From the NCBI RefSeq assembly GCF_001194135.2, contig NC_068983.1, forward strand, positions 156,460,907-156,494,077: a stretch of DNA of 33,171 nucleotides. Direction: 5' to 3'. The DNA is from Octopus bimaculoides (taxonomy: Eukaryota). The translations under genes and the position numbers were made by a program. This document shows, piece by piece, positions 22,183 through 33,126 of this stretch (its first letter is position 1; every line of letters starts with the position of its first letter). The notes under the pieces were generated by a model that saw nothing but the letters and a program-made list of their open reading frames with translations, searched no databases and was not told where the DNA came from.

Positions 22183-23251
22183 ATTTAGATTAGTTCAAAT
22201 ATATTTGGAGCATAATAGTTCAGTTAAAAAGAACGACTGTGATTTCTCATTGGAAAAATTGTCACTTTACGGAATTTGTTTTTAAAAAATATAAACTGCT
22301 CTAAATATTTGTTTACTTCAAGCACTGCTCTCACGTGCCTCGTATAATATTTTGTACTAGCCAATGAAAGCGTCGCTTGAAATCAGTTTATATGCTAATA
22401 CTGATTTACTATAAGGAAATGAAGACTCCAATAGTTACTGAGTTCTTTCAGGATTGTCACTCCTGTTGTACACGTGCTGATGATAGCCAGTAGTTTACAA
22501 TACATTCAGCGCTCAACCAGGGCGTGCCATGAAGTAAATGTTGGTGTTTCTAAACAACTATTACTCTGAGCGTGTATTCACGGCAAATAGCTGTGGATAC
22601 GACCGTTTTACGACATAAGTATATCCCAAGCATATTGGAAATTGATTTAAATGTTTATTTAAACATAGCACTGTGCCTGGGATATACTTATGTNNNNNNN
22701 NNNNNNNNNNNNNNNNNNNNNNNNNNNNNNNNNNNNNNNNNNNNNNNNNNNNNNNNNNNNNNNNNNNNNNNNNNNNNNNNNNNNNNNNNNNNNNNNNNNN
22801 NNNNNNNNNNNNNNNNNNNNNNNNNNNNNNNNNNNNNNNNNNNNNNNNNNNNNNNNNNNNNNNNNNNNNNNNNNNNNNNNNNNNNNNNNNNNNNNNNNNN
22901 NNNNNNNNNNNNNNNNNNNNNNNNNNNNNNNNNNNNNNNNNNNNNNNNNNNNNNNNNNNNNNNNNNNNNNNNNNNNNNNNNNNNNNNNNNNNNNNNNNNN
23001 NNNNNNNNNNNNNNNNNNNNNNNNNNNNNNNNNNNNNNNNNNNNNNNNNNNNNNNNNNNNNNNNNNNNNNNNNNNNNNNNNNNNNNNNNNNNNNNNNNNN
23101 NNNNNNNNNNNNNNNNNNNNNNNNNNNNNNNNNNNNNNNNNNNNNNNNNNNNNNNNNNNNNNNNNNNNNNNNNNNNNNNNNNNNNNNNNNNNNNNNNNNN
23201 NNNNNNNNNNNNNNNNNNNNNNNNNNNNNNNNNNNNNNNNNNNNNNNNNNN

Positions 23252-23283
<32 letters not shown>

Positions 23284-24002
23284 GAAACATTCTCTGTATA
23301 GAATACACTTCGTAGTGCTCAAGAGATTTGAATTTGAGCAGGTAGAGAAGTAAATGAAAGGACAAGGAAGTTAGACATGTCAATATACAAGAAATATCAA
23401 ATATATTTAATACAAAAAATGTACATATGTATTCATATAATACAAAATCCGACTTACAAAGAATAGAAATGATATCAAGAATTAAAGGGTTTGAGTCAGA
23501 GTTTTACATGTCCAACATTTGTTTCTGGGAGTTTCGTGGTCCAGAATAATGATTGTAACTTGATTCCATCATGGGATAATACCAGCTACCGTCTTCAGAG
23601 AAGAATTTTATATTTGAGGTGTTGACAAAACAGAGTTTAAAGATGGACTTGTCAAACTCCTACTCAACTCTTTTAATTCTAAATATCATTTCTATTCTGT
23701 GTAAGTCGAACTTTTTTATGTGTATATATGTGCATTTTTTGCATTAAATGTATTGAATATTTCTTGTATATCGACTTGCCGAATTTGCTTGTCCTTACAT
23801 TTATTCATATACATACATACATACATACATACACACACACAAACGCACATATATATATATATATATATATGACGTGTGTCTGTAAATATGTGAATATATA
23901 TATACAGAGAGAGGTTCCATCTATGTATACATCACTATGTATATGTGCATGGGTGAGTGCATGCGTACATATGTTTAAACATATGCATGCCTATATATAC
24001 AC

Positions 24003-24073
<71 letters not shown>

Positions 24074-24590
24074 GTTCAAACAAGAAAAACGAAAAAAAAC
24101 AACAAAAAACAACAAAAAACAACAAATATATATATATATATATATATCAATAACATCATCGAAGAAGTAACTTATTTCTCTCTCTGTCGGACGTATTTAT
24201 ATAATTTCAGTAAAAAAATCTCTTCTGTCTTTCTTTGACAATATAACTTTCATTTCTCCTCCATACGTCCATTATCTGAAACTTCAGCTGGAACATACGA
24301 AATTTGTCATCGGTAAAAACAAAAAACAAACCATCATTTCCTTTTCGTACGAACACATTTTTAAAAAATCACATTATTGGTATTTTAAAACAATATTTTA
24401 AGTTAACCTCTGTTTACAGTTCATCAGTTAGAATTAATGATGCATACAAATAACTATATAAATGATATCAGTAATGGATTATGATGAGTTAAGGCCAACG
24501 AAAAAAAAAAAAGATTCTTCAGGATTACATTGCAAAGTAAAGAAAGTATAATAGTAAAAATCGAAAAGAACTTGCAAATACATTAATACT

Positions 24591-25574
24591 AATGGTTTGA
24601 CTTAAGCAAAATCTAGCAATTCCGGAGAGAGTGGTTGGTCGAAGACATCGACCTCTGTACTAGACTAATACTTTTTTTATTACTCCTGGATGGATAGAAA
24701 GGCAATGTTGATTTAGGCGGAACTTGAACTCAAAATGTAACCGGCTGTAACTAAATAATAACTCAAGGAATTTTGTCGATTCCAGTTCATCACACAATTA
24801 TTGATGATGGCTGTTTCAAGCTTTGGCACAAGGCCAGCAATGTTAGGAGAGGAGTTATTTGATTACATCGAATCCAGGATTTCAACTGCTTCTTATTTCA
24901 TCAACACTGAAAGGATAAACGGCAAAATTGAGCTTGGTCGTATTTGTAGTCGGAACATGAAGAGCCGGAAGACAAGCCGCTAAGATTTTGTCCGATGTGT
25001 TAAATATTCTGCCAGCTTACCGCCTTAATACTGATTTCAAATTTTGGTACAAGGCTAGCAATTACGGGGAGGGAGTAATTTGAATTAAGCAACCCCAGTA
25101 CTCAACTGGTACTTGTTTCATCGACCTCGAAAAGATAAAAGACAAAATCGACCTCTGCGGAATTTGAACTCAGAATGAAAAGACTGACGAAATACCGCTA
25201 TGCATTTTGCGTGTTCTCCTAAACATTCTGCCAGCTCACTGCCTTCAATAATAATAACAATACTAATAATCCTTTCTATTATAGTCACAAGGCCTGAAAT
25301 TTGGGGGGAGGGGAGTAGTCGATCACATCGACGCCAGTACTCGACTGGTACTTAATTTATCGACCCCGAAAAGATGAAAGGCGAAGTCGACCTCGGAGGA
25401 ATTTGAACTCACAACGTAACGGCGGGCGAAATACCGCTAAGCNNNNNNNNNNNNNNNNNNNNNNNNNNNNNNNNNNNNNNNNNNNNNNNNNNNNNNNNNN
25501 NNNNNNNNNNNNNNNNNNNNNNNNNNNNNNNNNNNNNNNNNNNGCCAGCTCACCACCTTAACATGAACAATAAC

Positions 25575-25658
<84 letters not shown>

Positions 25659-26495
25659 AATAATGCTCATTTCATTTATTTCCCACCAGGGCGGATGAGG
25701 GGACAATACAACAACACAAAGTGTGGGGATTTACATATAATGAAATGATAAAATAATTTTTAAAAGAACGGCTGGGGAGTATACACGGTATACAATGAAA
25801 AGGAAGAGAAATATATATATATAGTATACAAAAAAAAATAATAATCCTTTCTAGCTTGGAATCTTAAGGAAAGGGGTTTGTTGATTACATTGACACCAGT
25901 GCTTGATTGGTACTTTATTTATCGATCCGTATAGATTGAAAAGCAAAGTCAATTTCGCAGGAATTCGAAATGAGAAAGCAAAGACAGACGATATACCGCA
26001 TTTCGTTCGCTGTGTTAACGATTCTCACAGATTGCCACCTTTAAAATTGTTTCTACTAAAGGTAAAGGACCTGGAATTTTGGAGGAGAGGCCTAGTTGAC
26101 CCCAGTTCTTGACTCGTGCTTAATTTACCGATCCTGAAAGTATGAAAAGCAATGTCGAGGTTGGCAAAACTTGAGCGCAGAACATAAAGACAGACGAAAT
26201 GCGGCTAAGCATTTTTTTCAGCGTGCTAACGGTTCTGCCAACCCACCGCCTTTAATGATAATATTTAATAATTTTGGGGGAGGGACCAGTCGATTAGATC
26301 GATCCCAGTACGCAACTGGTACTTAATTTATCGACTCCAAAAGGATGAAAAGCAAAGTCGACCTCGGCGGCGCTTTTAATAATAATATCAATAATAATGA
26401 TAATGGTTTCAAATTTTGACTCAAGACCAGCAAGTTCTGGAGAAGGGATAAGTTGATTACATTGACGTCTGTGTTCAACTGTACTTTATTCAATC
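24591..26495 (-). mobile_element. Head-to-tail array of eight SINE family 1 copies
   Basis: Approximate copies at 24591-24793, 24806-25024, 25030-25243, 25265-25557 (gap inside), 25838-26039, 26046-26250, 26269-26370 (truncated) and 26402-26495 (truncated). All are reverse complements of the 13342 element and carry parts of ATCGACCCC...AAAGGATGAAAGGCAAAGTCGACCTCGG..GAATTTGAACTCAG...CTGCCAGCTC.CCGCC. Confidence 0.88.
25565..25663. repeat. Compound (AAT)n-(GAT)n microsatellite inside the SINE array
   Basis: Read directly. Confidence 0.95.
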
Positions 26496-26810
26496 ATTAA
26501 CAAGGTTACAGTCAATGTAGTCAATCTAGCTCTACCGTAACGATAATAGATTTGTGGTTTGCGTAGCGGACAACTTTGAATTGTGGACAGCCTATTCTAC
26601 CACTGTCTATTGGCCTACAGAATACTCTATCTAGTTACTATCTGGATGACCCTATACTGTTCACCCATGTCTATATTAGTGCATTAGGACAATTCGGTCG
26701 GCCAGTTAGAAAAGGTTGAGCAGGTTTGCGAGGCTTTTACAACCCACTAGCTGTTAAGCTAGACACTCGCTATCCAGAGAGATACCCAAGATGGTGAAAT
26801 GTTTGAAAAC

Positions 26811-26960
26811 AGGCGCAAGCATGGCTGTGTGGTTTAACAGTGATACCCACAAACTTAGTGTTTCAGGTTCAGTTTCACTGCTACTCGCACGTGACGAATG
26901 TCTTCTCCTATAGTCTTGGCTGCCAAATACCTTCTTAGAAGGAAACTCTGTCTGTGCGTG
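26811..26960 (+). mobile_element. SINE family 2, diverged copy
   Basis: AGGCGCAAGCATGGCTGTGTGGTTTAA...CAGGTTCAGTTTCACTGC...TGTCTTCTCCTATAGTCTTGG...AGAAGGAAACT, colinear with 29482-29630. Confidence 0.72.
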
Positions 26961-27342
26961 TGCGTGTGTGTGTATGTGAGCGAATGTGGCGGCGTGCGTG
27001 CATGCGACGTACATGTTTTCATGTTATCTCCTCGCACCGCTTCACAACCGATCTTCATTTGTCTGTGTCCCAATGACATAGCATGTTGGCCAAAAAAGCC
27101 GACAAAATATATAAAACACATTAAAAAAATAAAACGTGAATATCATTGTCGATATTCTTGACTAAACAATTTAAAATGGCGCCCCAGAACGTCTGTAACA
27201 AAGTGACTGAAATAAGTAAACGAGTAAATACATAAATACACGCAAAAAGCACATACACACACACAAACACACACGCACATACACACACATATATATATAT
27301 ATATATGTATATGCACACACACTCATACACACAAACGCACAT

Positions 27343-27424
<82 letters not shown>

Positions 27425-27456
27425 GCACATACACACATTGTGTGTCTATGTGTATG

Positions 27457-27640
27457 AAGGCGCGTGGCCTAATGGTTAGCGTATGTCAAACACGAACTTG
27501 CGATCGTGATTTTGATTCCCAAGCAGAGTGCTGCATTGTGTTATTGAGCTAAACGCTTCAGTTCACCATAGCCTAGTCTAGTTAACAGTAAAATAGTTAC
27601 CTTGTGATATACTGGCATCCCGTTTAGGGGGAATGCATGA
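27457..27640 (+). mobile_element. tRNA-derived SINE of a further family, diverged
   Basis: GGCGCGTGGCCTAATGGTTAG (A-box-like), GTGATTTTGATTCCC (decayed B-box), then TTGTGTTATTGAGCTAAACGCTT. No cloverleaf. Confidence 0.6.
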
Positions 27641-28050
27641 TCTCAGTCATTTATGCGTCGTAGACCTGCAACAAGATTGCGCGAAAGAGCATTGTGAGCA
27701 GCGGCGTATAATAACATCCGACTGTCTGGTCGGTACAGTGATATGCCTTTACATGTATCCTACGCCAGTTTTAAATTCTTAATTAGAAAATAAAACTTCT
27801 ACCAGAACTACATTCGCTTGCCTCTGAGGTCAACACTATATGACGCTTTGGTGATGTTGATGTCACAGTTTCTGGGAATGCAGTTGCTTCACTAAGTTGA
27901 CTTTCATTTGCAAGTGAGCCTAATGAGGCAGATCAAGTAATGGCCGTCCTGTGGCCAGCTCTGACAAAAGTGATTAACGTCTTTGTTAGGCTGGGGCATC
28001 TCCCACTTCGAATGGTGTCTACTATGACCTTCAAAACCTATCATACTCAC

Positions 28051-28105
28051 AGCAGCAGCGCTTCTCACCCCGAACTTTTAGACAGCTACTGGAGATGGGA
28101 TCCAT
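28051..28105 (-). CDS. Candidate first coding exon of a minus-strand gene (MDPISSSCLKVRGEKRCC, then a phase-1 intron)
   Basis: On the minus strand: branch-like CTAAT and a pyrimidine tract (TTTTCCTTTCTTCTTATGTTTCTGTTTGAG, AG at 28135-28134; alternative AG at 28127-28126), ACCATGG start context at 28105, an open frame, and donor GCT|GTGAGTA at 28050. Downstream exons not identified. Confidence 0.35.
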
Positions 28106-29153
28106 GGTACTTCTACTTTACGTTTCTAACATTCTCAAACAGAAACATAAGAAGAAAGGAAAATTAGAGTCAGTCAAGGGGATTTGTACGTGTTCGCTAT
28201 CTGTTGTAATTTGCAGCAAAATCTCACTCATATGACACTGTAGGGTTTAACAAATTGAATATTGCGATCCTGATTTCAAAATCAAGCCAGAGTGTTATGA
28301 CGCCACCTTCTTTAATTCAAACAACACAGCAGCACCAAGCAAAATAGAGATTGGATATAATATACATAAATTATATAAGCTGGCAATAAATACAGAGAAA
28401 CATTGTCCTAGTACAATTACAGAGCAATTGCAACATGTATGCAGTAGGTATAGGAACGCTTACGATAAGCTATACCCATCTTTGACCTTCAAGGAGACCA
28501 AACATTAAATATTGAGGATGTGCTTTGATAATTCTGTTTAACTGTACGTACAATTACATAAAATATATAAAATAATTGAAAATGAAAATGACAGTACGTA
28601 GAAAAAATGAACCAACCATCAGGTGATACAGAAAAAAAAAATGTTTTTCTGTGAGTGCGAAGCCTAGAATTCCAAATCTGAAACACTAATGTGAATATTG
28701 ATCACAACACCAAATCTTCCTAAACGAAAACAGATAAAAATGTATAATAAAAGGGTAATTTCGTGGTTTAAAATGTAAACATCGAGAAGATTGTAGTAAA
28801 GCGGAGTCCTGTTAAAAGTGCCAGAATTATTGAATATGGCACACGAGCATGTGTTTATATAAGTATATAAATGTGTGTGTTTGTTTGTGTGTGTGTGTGT
28901 GTGTCTGTGTATGTGTATGTGCGCAACTGTGTGTGCGTCTGTGTGTGTGCTAACTTGCGGGCGTGCGTATGTGCGCGTGTGTTTAAGAGTGACAACCAAA
29001 CAGAAATGGTCGGAAACAATGACAGTTGTATATCGTATATATTTCTTTCAGTGTCTCTTTAAATATTTACACATAAATTATTATATATAGTTCACTTTCT
29101 GAAAAGAAAATTACAAAACAAAGTTTTATACGATTCATATGTGAATTTGTCAA

Positions 29154-29195
<42 letters not shown>

Positions 29196-29205
29196 NNNNN
29201 NNNNN

Positions 29206-29244
<39 letters not shown>
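29154..29244. repeat. (ATT)n microsatellite with a 10-N gap
   Basis: Read directly. Confidence 0.95.
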
Positions 29245-29407
29245 CATATTGTTTTCCTTTTGGTTTAACGATTTACTATCCCAAAAGAAATCCTGATTTT
29301 GTTAGAAACAAATCTTTATTTTCTTAAAATAAGTATGTGTGTATAATTTTTTAATTGTACGATAGAGATACAATTTACGAACTACATACATACATACACA
29401 CACACAC

Positions 29408-29411
<4 letters not shown>

Positions 29412-29482
<71 letters not shown>
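29412..29482. repeat. (TA)n microsatellite
   Basis: About 35 perfect units abutting the SINE head. Confidence 0.96.
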
Positions 29483-29484
<2 letters not shown>

Positions 29485-29860
29485 CACCGGCGTGACTGTG
29501 TAGTAAGAAGTTTGCTTACCAGCCACATCGTTCTTGGTTCAGTCTGACTGCGTGGCACCTCGGTTAAGTGTCTTCCACTATAGCCTCGGGCTGGCCATAG
29601 CCTTGTGAGTACATTTGGTAGAAGGAAACTGAAAGAAGCTCGTCTGTCTTTGTGTCTGTGTTAGTTCCCCCACTATCGCATGAGAACCAATGTTGGTGCG
29701 TTTACGTCCCTTCAATGTAGCAGTTCGGCAATAGAGACTGGTAGAATAAGTACTAAGCTTACAAAGAATAAGTCCTGTGGTCGATTTCTTCGACTAAGAC
29801 CCTTTAAGACAGTGCTCCAGATTGGCCGCAGGTAAATAACTTAAGCAATTAAAATAAAAG
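29482..29860 (+). mobile_element. SINE family 2, near full-length
   Basis: AGGCACCGGCGTGACTGTGTAGTAAGAAG (A-box-like), GGTTCAGTCTG (B-box-like), body to AAAGAAGCTCGTC, then a 3' part containing AGAATAAGTACT...AATAAGTCCTGTGGTCGATTT...GTGCTCCAG..TGGCCGCAG and an A-rich end. Related copies lie at 2362, 8166 and 26811. Confidence 0.85.
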
Positions 29861-29888
29861 GAGAAATATATATACACACACAAACACA

Positions 29889-29920
<32 letters not shown>

Positions 29921-30914
29921 TATATCTATATCTATCTATATANNNNNNNNNNNNNNNNNNNNNNNNNNNNNNNNNNNNNNNNNNNNNNNNNNNNNNNNNN
30001 NNNNNNNNNNNNNNNNNNNNNNNNNNNNNNNNNNNNNNNNNNNNNNNNNNNNNNNNNNNNNNNNNNNNNNNNNNNNNNNNNNNNNNNNNNNNNNNNNNNN
30101 NNNNNNNNNNNNNNNNNNNNNNNNNNNNNNNNNNNNNNNNNNNNNNNNNNNNNNNNNNNNNNNNNNNNNNNNNNNNNNNNNNNNNNNNNNNNNNNNNNNN
30201 NNNNNNNNNNNNNNNNNNNNNNNNNNNNNNNNNNNNNNNNNNNNNNNNNNNNNNNNNNNNNNNNNNNNNNNNNNNNNNNNNNNNNNNNNNNNNNNNNNNN
30301 NNNNNNNNNNNNNNNNNNNNNNNNNNNNNNNNNNNNNNNNNNNNNNNNNNNNNNNNNNNNNNNNNNNNNNNNNNNNNNNNNNNNNNNNNNNNNNNNNNNN
30401 NNNNNNNNNNNNNNNNNNNNNNNNNNNNNNNNNNNNNNNNNNNNNNNNNNNNNNNNNNNNNNNNNNNNNNNNNNNNNNNNNNNNNNNNNNNNNNNNNNNN
30501 NNNNNNNNNNNNNNNNNNNNNNNNNNNNNNNNNNNNNGAAAGCACAACGTATCGTCTGCAGGAATATAAAAATGCACAGTATGTAAAACGGATGTTTGCG
30601 GTTTTATCCAGTTGAAGATTTTACGAATATTGATATATTGAACAGACAGTCACATTTAGTTGGAAGTTACTTATGTGCCAGACATAAAACATAAAACATA
30701 CTGTGCGTAAAAATAATGATGAATTCTAACATTGGCATAAAGCCAGACATTTTAGGAAAAGGTATAGTCACTGTAATCGGCTCTATTAGTTTAGTGACCC
30801 CAGTGATAGGAAGGTAAATTCTGTTAGTAGAATTTCAGTACAGTACGTAACAAAGCATTTTGCCTGATGTTGAAGGCATTAAGTATGTAACGCCTTGACA
30901 AACCAATTCTTCTA

Positions 30915-31090
30915 ATATTGGTTTCAAATCTCAGGGAAGGGACTACATCGATTAAATCGACCCCAGTGCTCAACTTGTACGTATTTATCGACTCCGAAAG
31001 GTTGAAAAGCAAAGTCAACCCCACCAGCGTTTGAACCTTGAACGCAAAGACGAACGAAACGCCGCTAACGATTTTTCCAGCATGCCACCT
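30915..31090 (-). mobile_element. SINE family 1, diverged copy
   Basis: GGTTTCAAATC...ATCGACCCCAGTGCTCAACTTGTAC..ATTTATCGACTCCGAAAGGTTGAAAAGCAAAGTCAACC...TTTGAACCTTGAACGCAAAGACGAACGAAACGCCGCTAA. Confidence 0.85.
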
Positions 31091-31480
31091 AACCAATACT
31101 TCTAATATTGAAACAAACACTATTTATTGAGAATGATCAACTTGATAAAATCGAAATATTTCAGTTGTCATTATCTTTACGAGGGACAGATGAAATTCAA
31201 ATTGAAACTAGGCCAGACATTTCGATTGTACATCTATTGATACGGAAACTTCACTTTTCACAATTATGTTCTCTCGCAAACTAACATATCTTAAACACAG
31301 AACGTTGAGTGTAAAGTGATATAACTAAATATCTCATATCCTTTTGCCCGACAGGCTATAGATTTGGGACCATAACGGCATACGTTATAACATTTATAAT
31401 TTTTAACAAAATATACATCGTCTACGCAGATATATGAATGGTCTCTGACATATCTGAAAGAGGAACAGTGTCGATGTTGT

Positions 31481-31777
31481 TGGCACTCCGTCGCTTACGA
31501 CATCGAGGGTTCCAGTTGATCCGATCAACGGAACAGCCTGCTCATGAAATTAACGTGCAAGTGGCTGAGCACTCCACAGACACGTGTACCCTTAACGTAG
31601 TTCTCGGGGATATTCAGCGTGACACAGTGTGACAAGGCTGACCCTTTGAACTACAGGCACAACAGAAACAGGAAGTAAGAGAGAAAGTTGTGGTAAAAGA
31701 ATACAGCAGGGTTCGCCACCACCCCCTGCCGGAGCCTCGTGGCAGCTTTTAGGTGTTTTCGCTCAATAAACACTCAC
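31481..31777. mobile_element. Well-preserved interspersed repeat of unassigned class, running into gap 31778-32076
   Basis: GC-rich GGCACTCCGTCG...GGGTTCCAGTTGATCCGATCAACGGAACAGCCTGCTC...GTGGCTGAGCACTCCACAGACACGTGTACCCTTAACGTAGTTCTC. A diverged inverted copy lies at 16210-16345, and it resembles an abundant octopus repeat as I recall it. Confidence 0.65.
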
Positions 31778-32076
31778 NNNNNNNNNNNNNNNNNNNNNNN
31801 NNNNNNNNNNNNNNNNNNNNNNNNNNNNNNNNNNNNNNNNNNNNNNNNNNNNNNNNNNNNNNNNNNNNNNNNNNNNNNNNNNNNNNNNNNNNNNNNNNNN
31901 NNNNNNNNNNNNNNNNNNNNNNNNNNNNNNNNNNNNNNNNNNNNNNNNNNNNNNNNNNNNNNNNNNNNNNNNNNNNNNNNNNNNNNNNNNNNNNNNNNNN
32001 NNNNNNNNNNNNNNNNNNNNNNNNNNNNNNNNNNNNNNNNNNNNNNNNNNNNNNNNNNNNNNNNNNNNNNNNNNNN

Positions 32077-32177
32077 GATGAAAGACAAAGTCAACCTCGG
32101 TGGTATTTGAACTTAGAACATAGTGACGAGCGAAATACCACTAAGAATGTTAACGATTCGTCCATCTCACCGCGTTA

Positions 32178-32218
<41 letters not shown>

Positions 32219-32430
32219 CCTTTCTACTAAATGCAGAAGGGCTGATATATTGAGGGAGGGACCTAGTCCATTACATCGACCCCAGTGTATCGCTCGTACT
32301 TAATATATCGACCTCAAAAAGATGAAAAGCAAAGTCGACCTCGGCTGGATTTGAACTGAGAACGTAAAGACGGACGAAGCGCCGCTAAGCATTTCGCCTG
32401 GCGTGCTAACGATTCTGCCAGCTCGTCGCC
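32077..32430 (-). mobile_element. Two head-to-tail SINE family 1 copies (32077-32174 and 32212-32430) joined by (AAT)n
   Basis: Both carry the core and the CTGCCAGCTC.CCGCC-type head end; about 13 AAT units (32179-32218) link them. Confidence 0.9.
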
Positions 32431-32473
<43 letters not shown>

Positions 32474-32552
32474 TGATGATGATGATGAGGAGGAGGAGGA
32501 GAAGAAGAAGAAGAAGAAGAAGAAGAAGAAGAAGAAGAAGAAGAAGAAGAAG

Positions 32553-32596
<44 letters not shown>

Positions 32597-32603
32597 GAAC
32601 AAG
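32431..32603. repeat. Five-block compound trinucleotide microsatellite (AAT)(GAT)(GAG)(AAG)(AAC)
   Basis: Read directly; the track ORF 32403-32666 shows in-phase runs N-D-E-K-N. Confidence 0.96.
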
Positions 32604-33126
32604 AGCATTGCGATAAAAATTATCACGGTTAAGCACACTTTCCACATTAAATTGTCAAACATGTAAATGGAGAAAGAATTGATAATTTACAAAATGTAAT
32701 ATTTCTTTATAAAAATCGAAATATTATTATCATGACAATTATCATTATATATATATGTGTGTGTGTGTGTGTGTATGCGTGTGTGCGTGTGTGTATGCGT
32801 ATAGAGTGTGTGTATGCGTATAGAGTGTGTGTATGAGAGAAGGAAAGAGATAGTTGGAGGAAGATTCGTACGTGTGTGCATATATATTTGTATGTGTATA
32901 TATATGTATGTATGTGTATGTGCGTGCGTGTGTATGTGTGAGATAGAGAGAGTATGTGTGCGTGTTTATGTATCATTATACATATATGAATATTATCTAT
33001 GCGTAGGTGGGTGTGGTTGTGCAGATCTTAAATAAAAAATTACCGCAAACTTTATATCTCGAATTCTTTTGTTCTGAAGCAATCAGTATCCAATTAATTT
33101 ATATGATACATACACACAGACACAGA

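Larger units (their letters stand above)
5592..32076. other. Assembly gaps (12 N-runs)
   Basis: 5592-6582, 7453-7949, 8505-9255, 9851-9860, 10578-11388, 15095-15261, 18694-18885, 22694-23251, 25443-25543, 29196-29205, 29943-30538, 31778-32076; about 5.0 kb in total. Confidence 0.98.

Noticed and set aside
23500-23660. 51-codon minus-strand open frame (EFDKSIFKLCFVNTSNIKFFSEDGSWYYPMMESS...)
   Set aside because: No convincing pyrimidine tract or donor and no recognisable homology; this length is expected by chance.
24591-26495. SINE array or the 17883 minisatellite as a CRISPR-like repeat-spacer array
   Set aside because: Units are long and diverged, spacers are microsatellite-like or absent, there are no cas genes, and the context is eukaryotic.
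5377-32178. Long ORFs (150-410 aa) in the track
   Set aside because: They are runs of X across N-gaps flanked by dinucleotide-repeat translations (HTHT, YIYI, ERER, SLSL).
32300-32666. Poly-N/D/E/K and poly-L/F/S ORFs suggesting a low-complexity protein
   Set aside because: Entirely explained by the compound microsatellite and the adjacent SINE.
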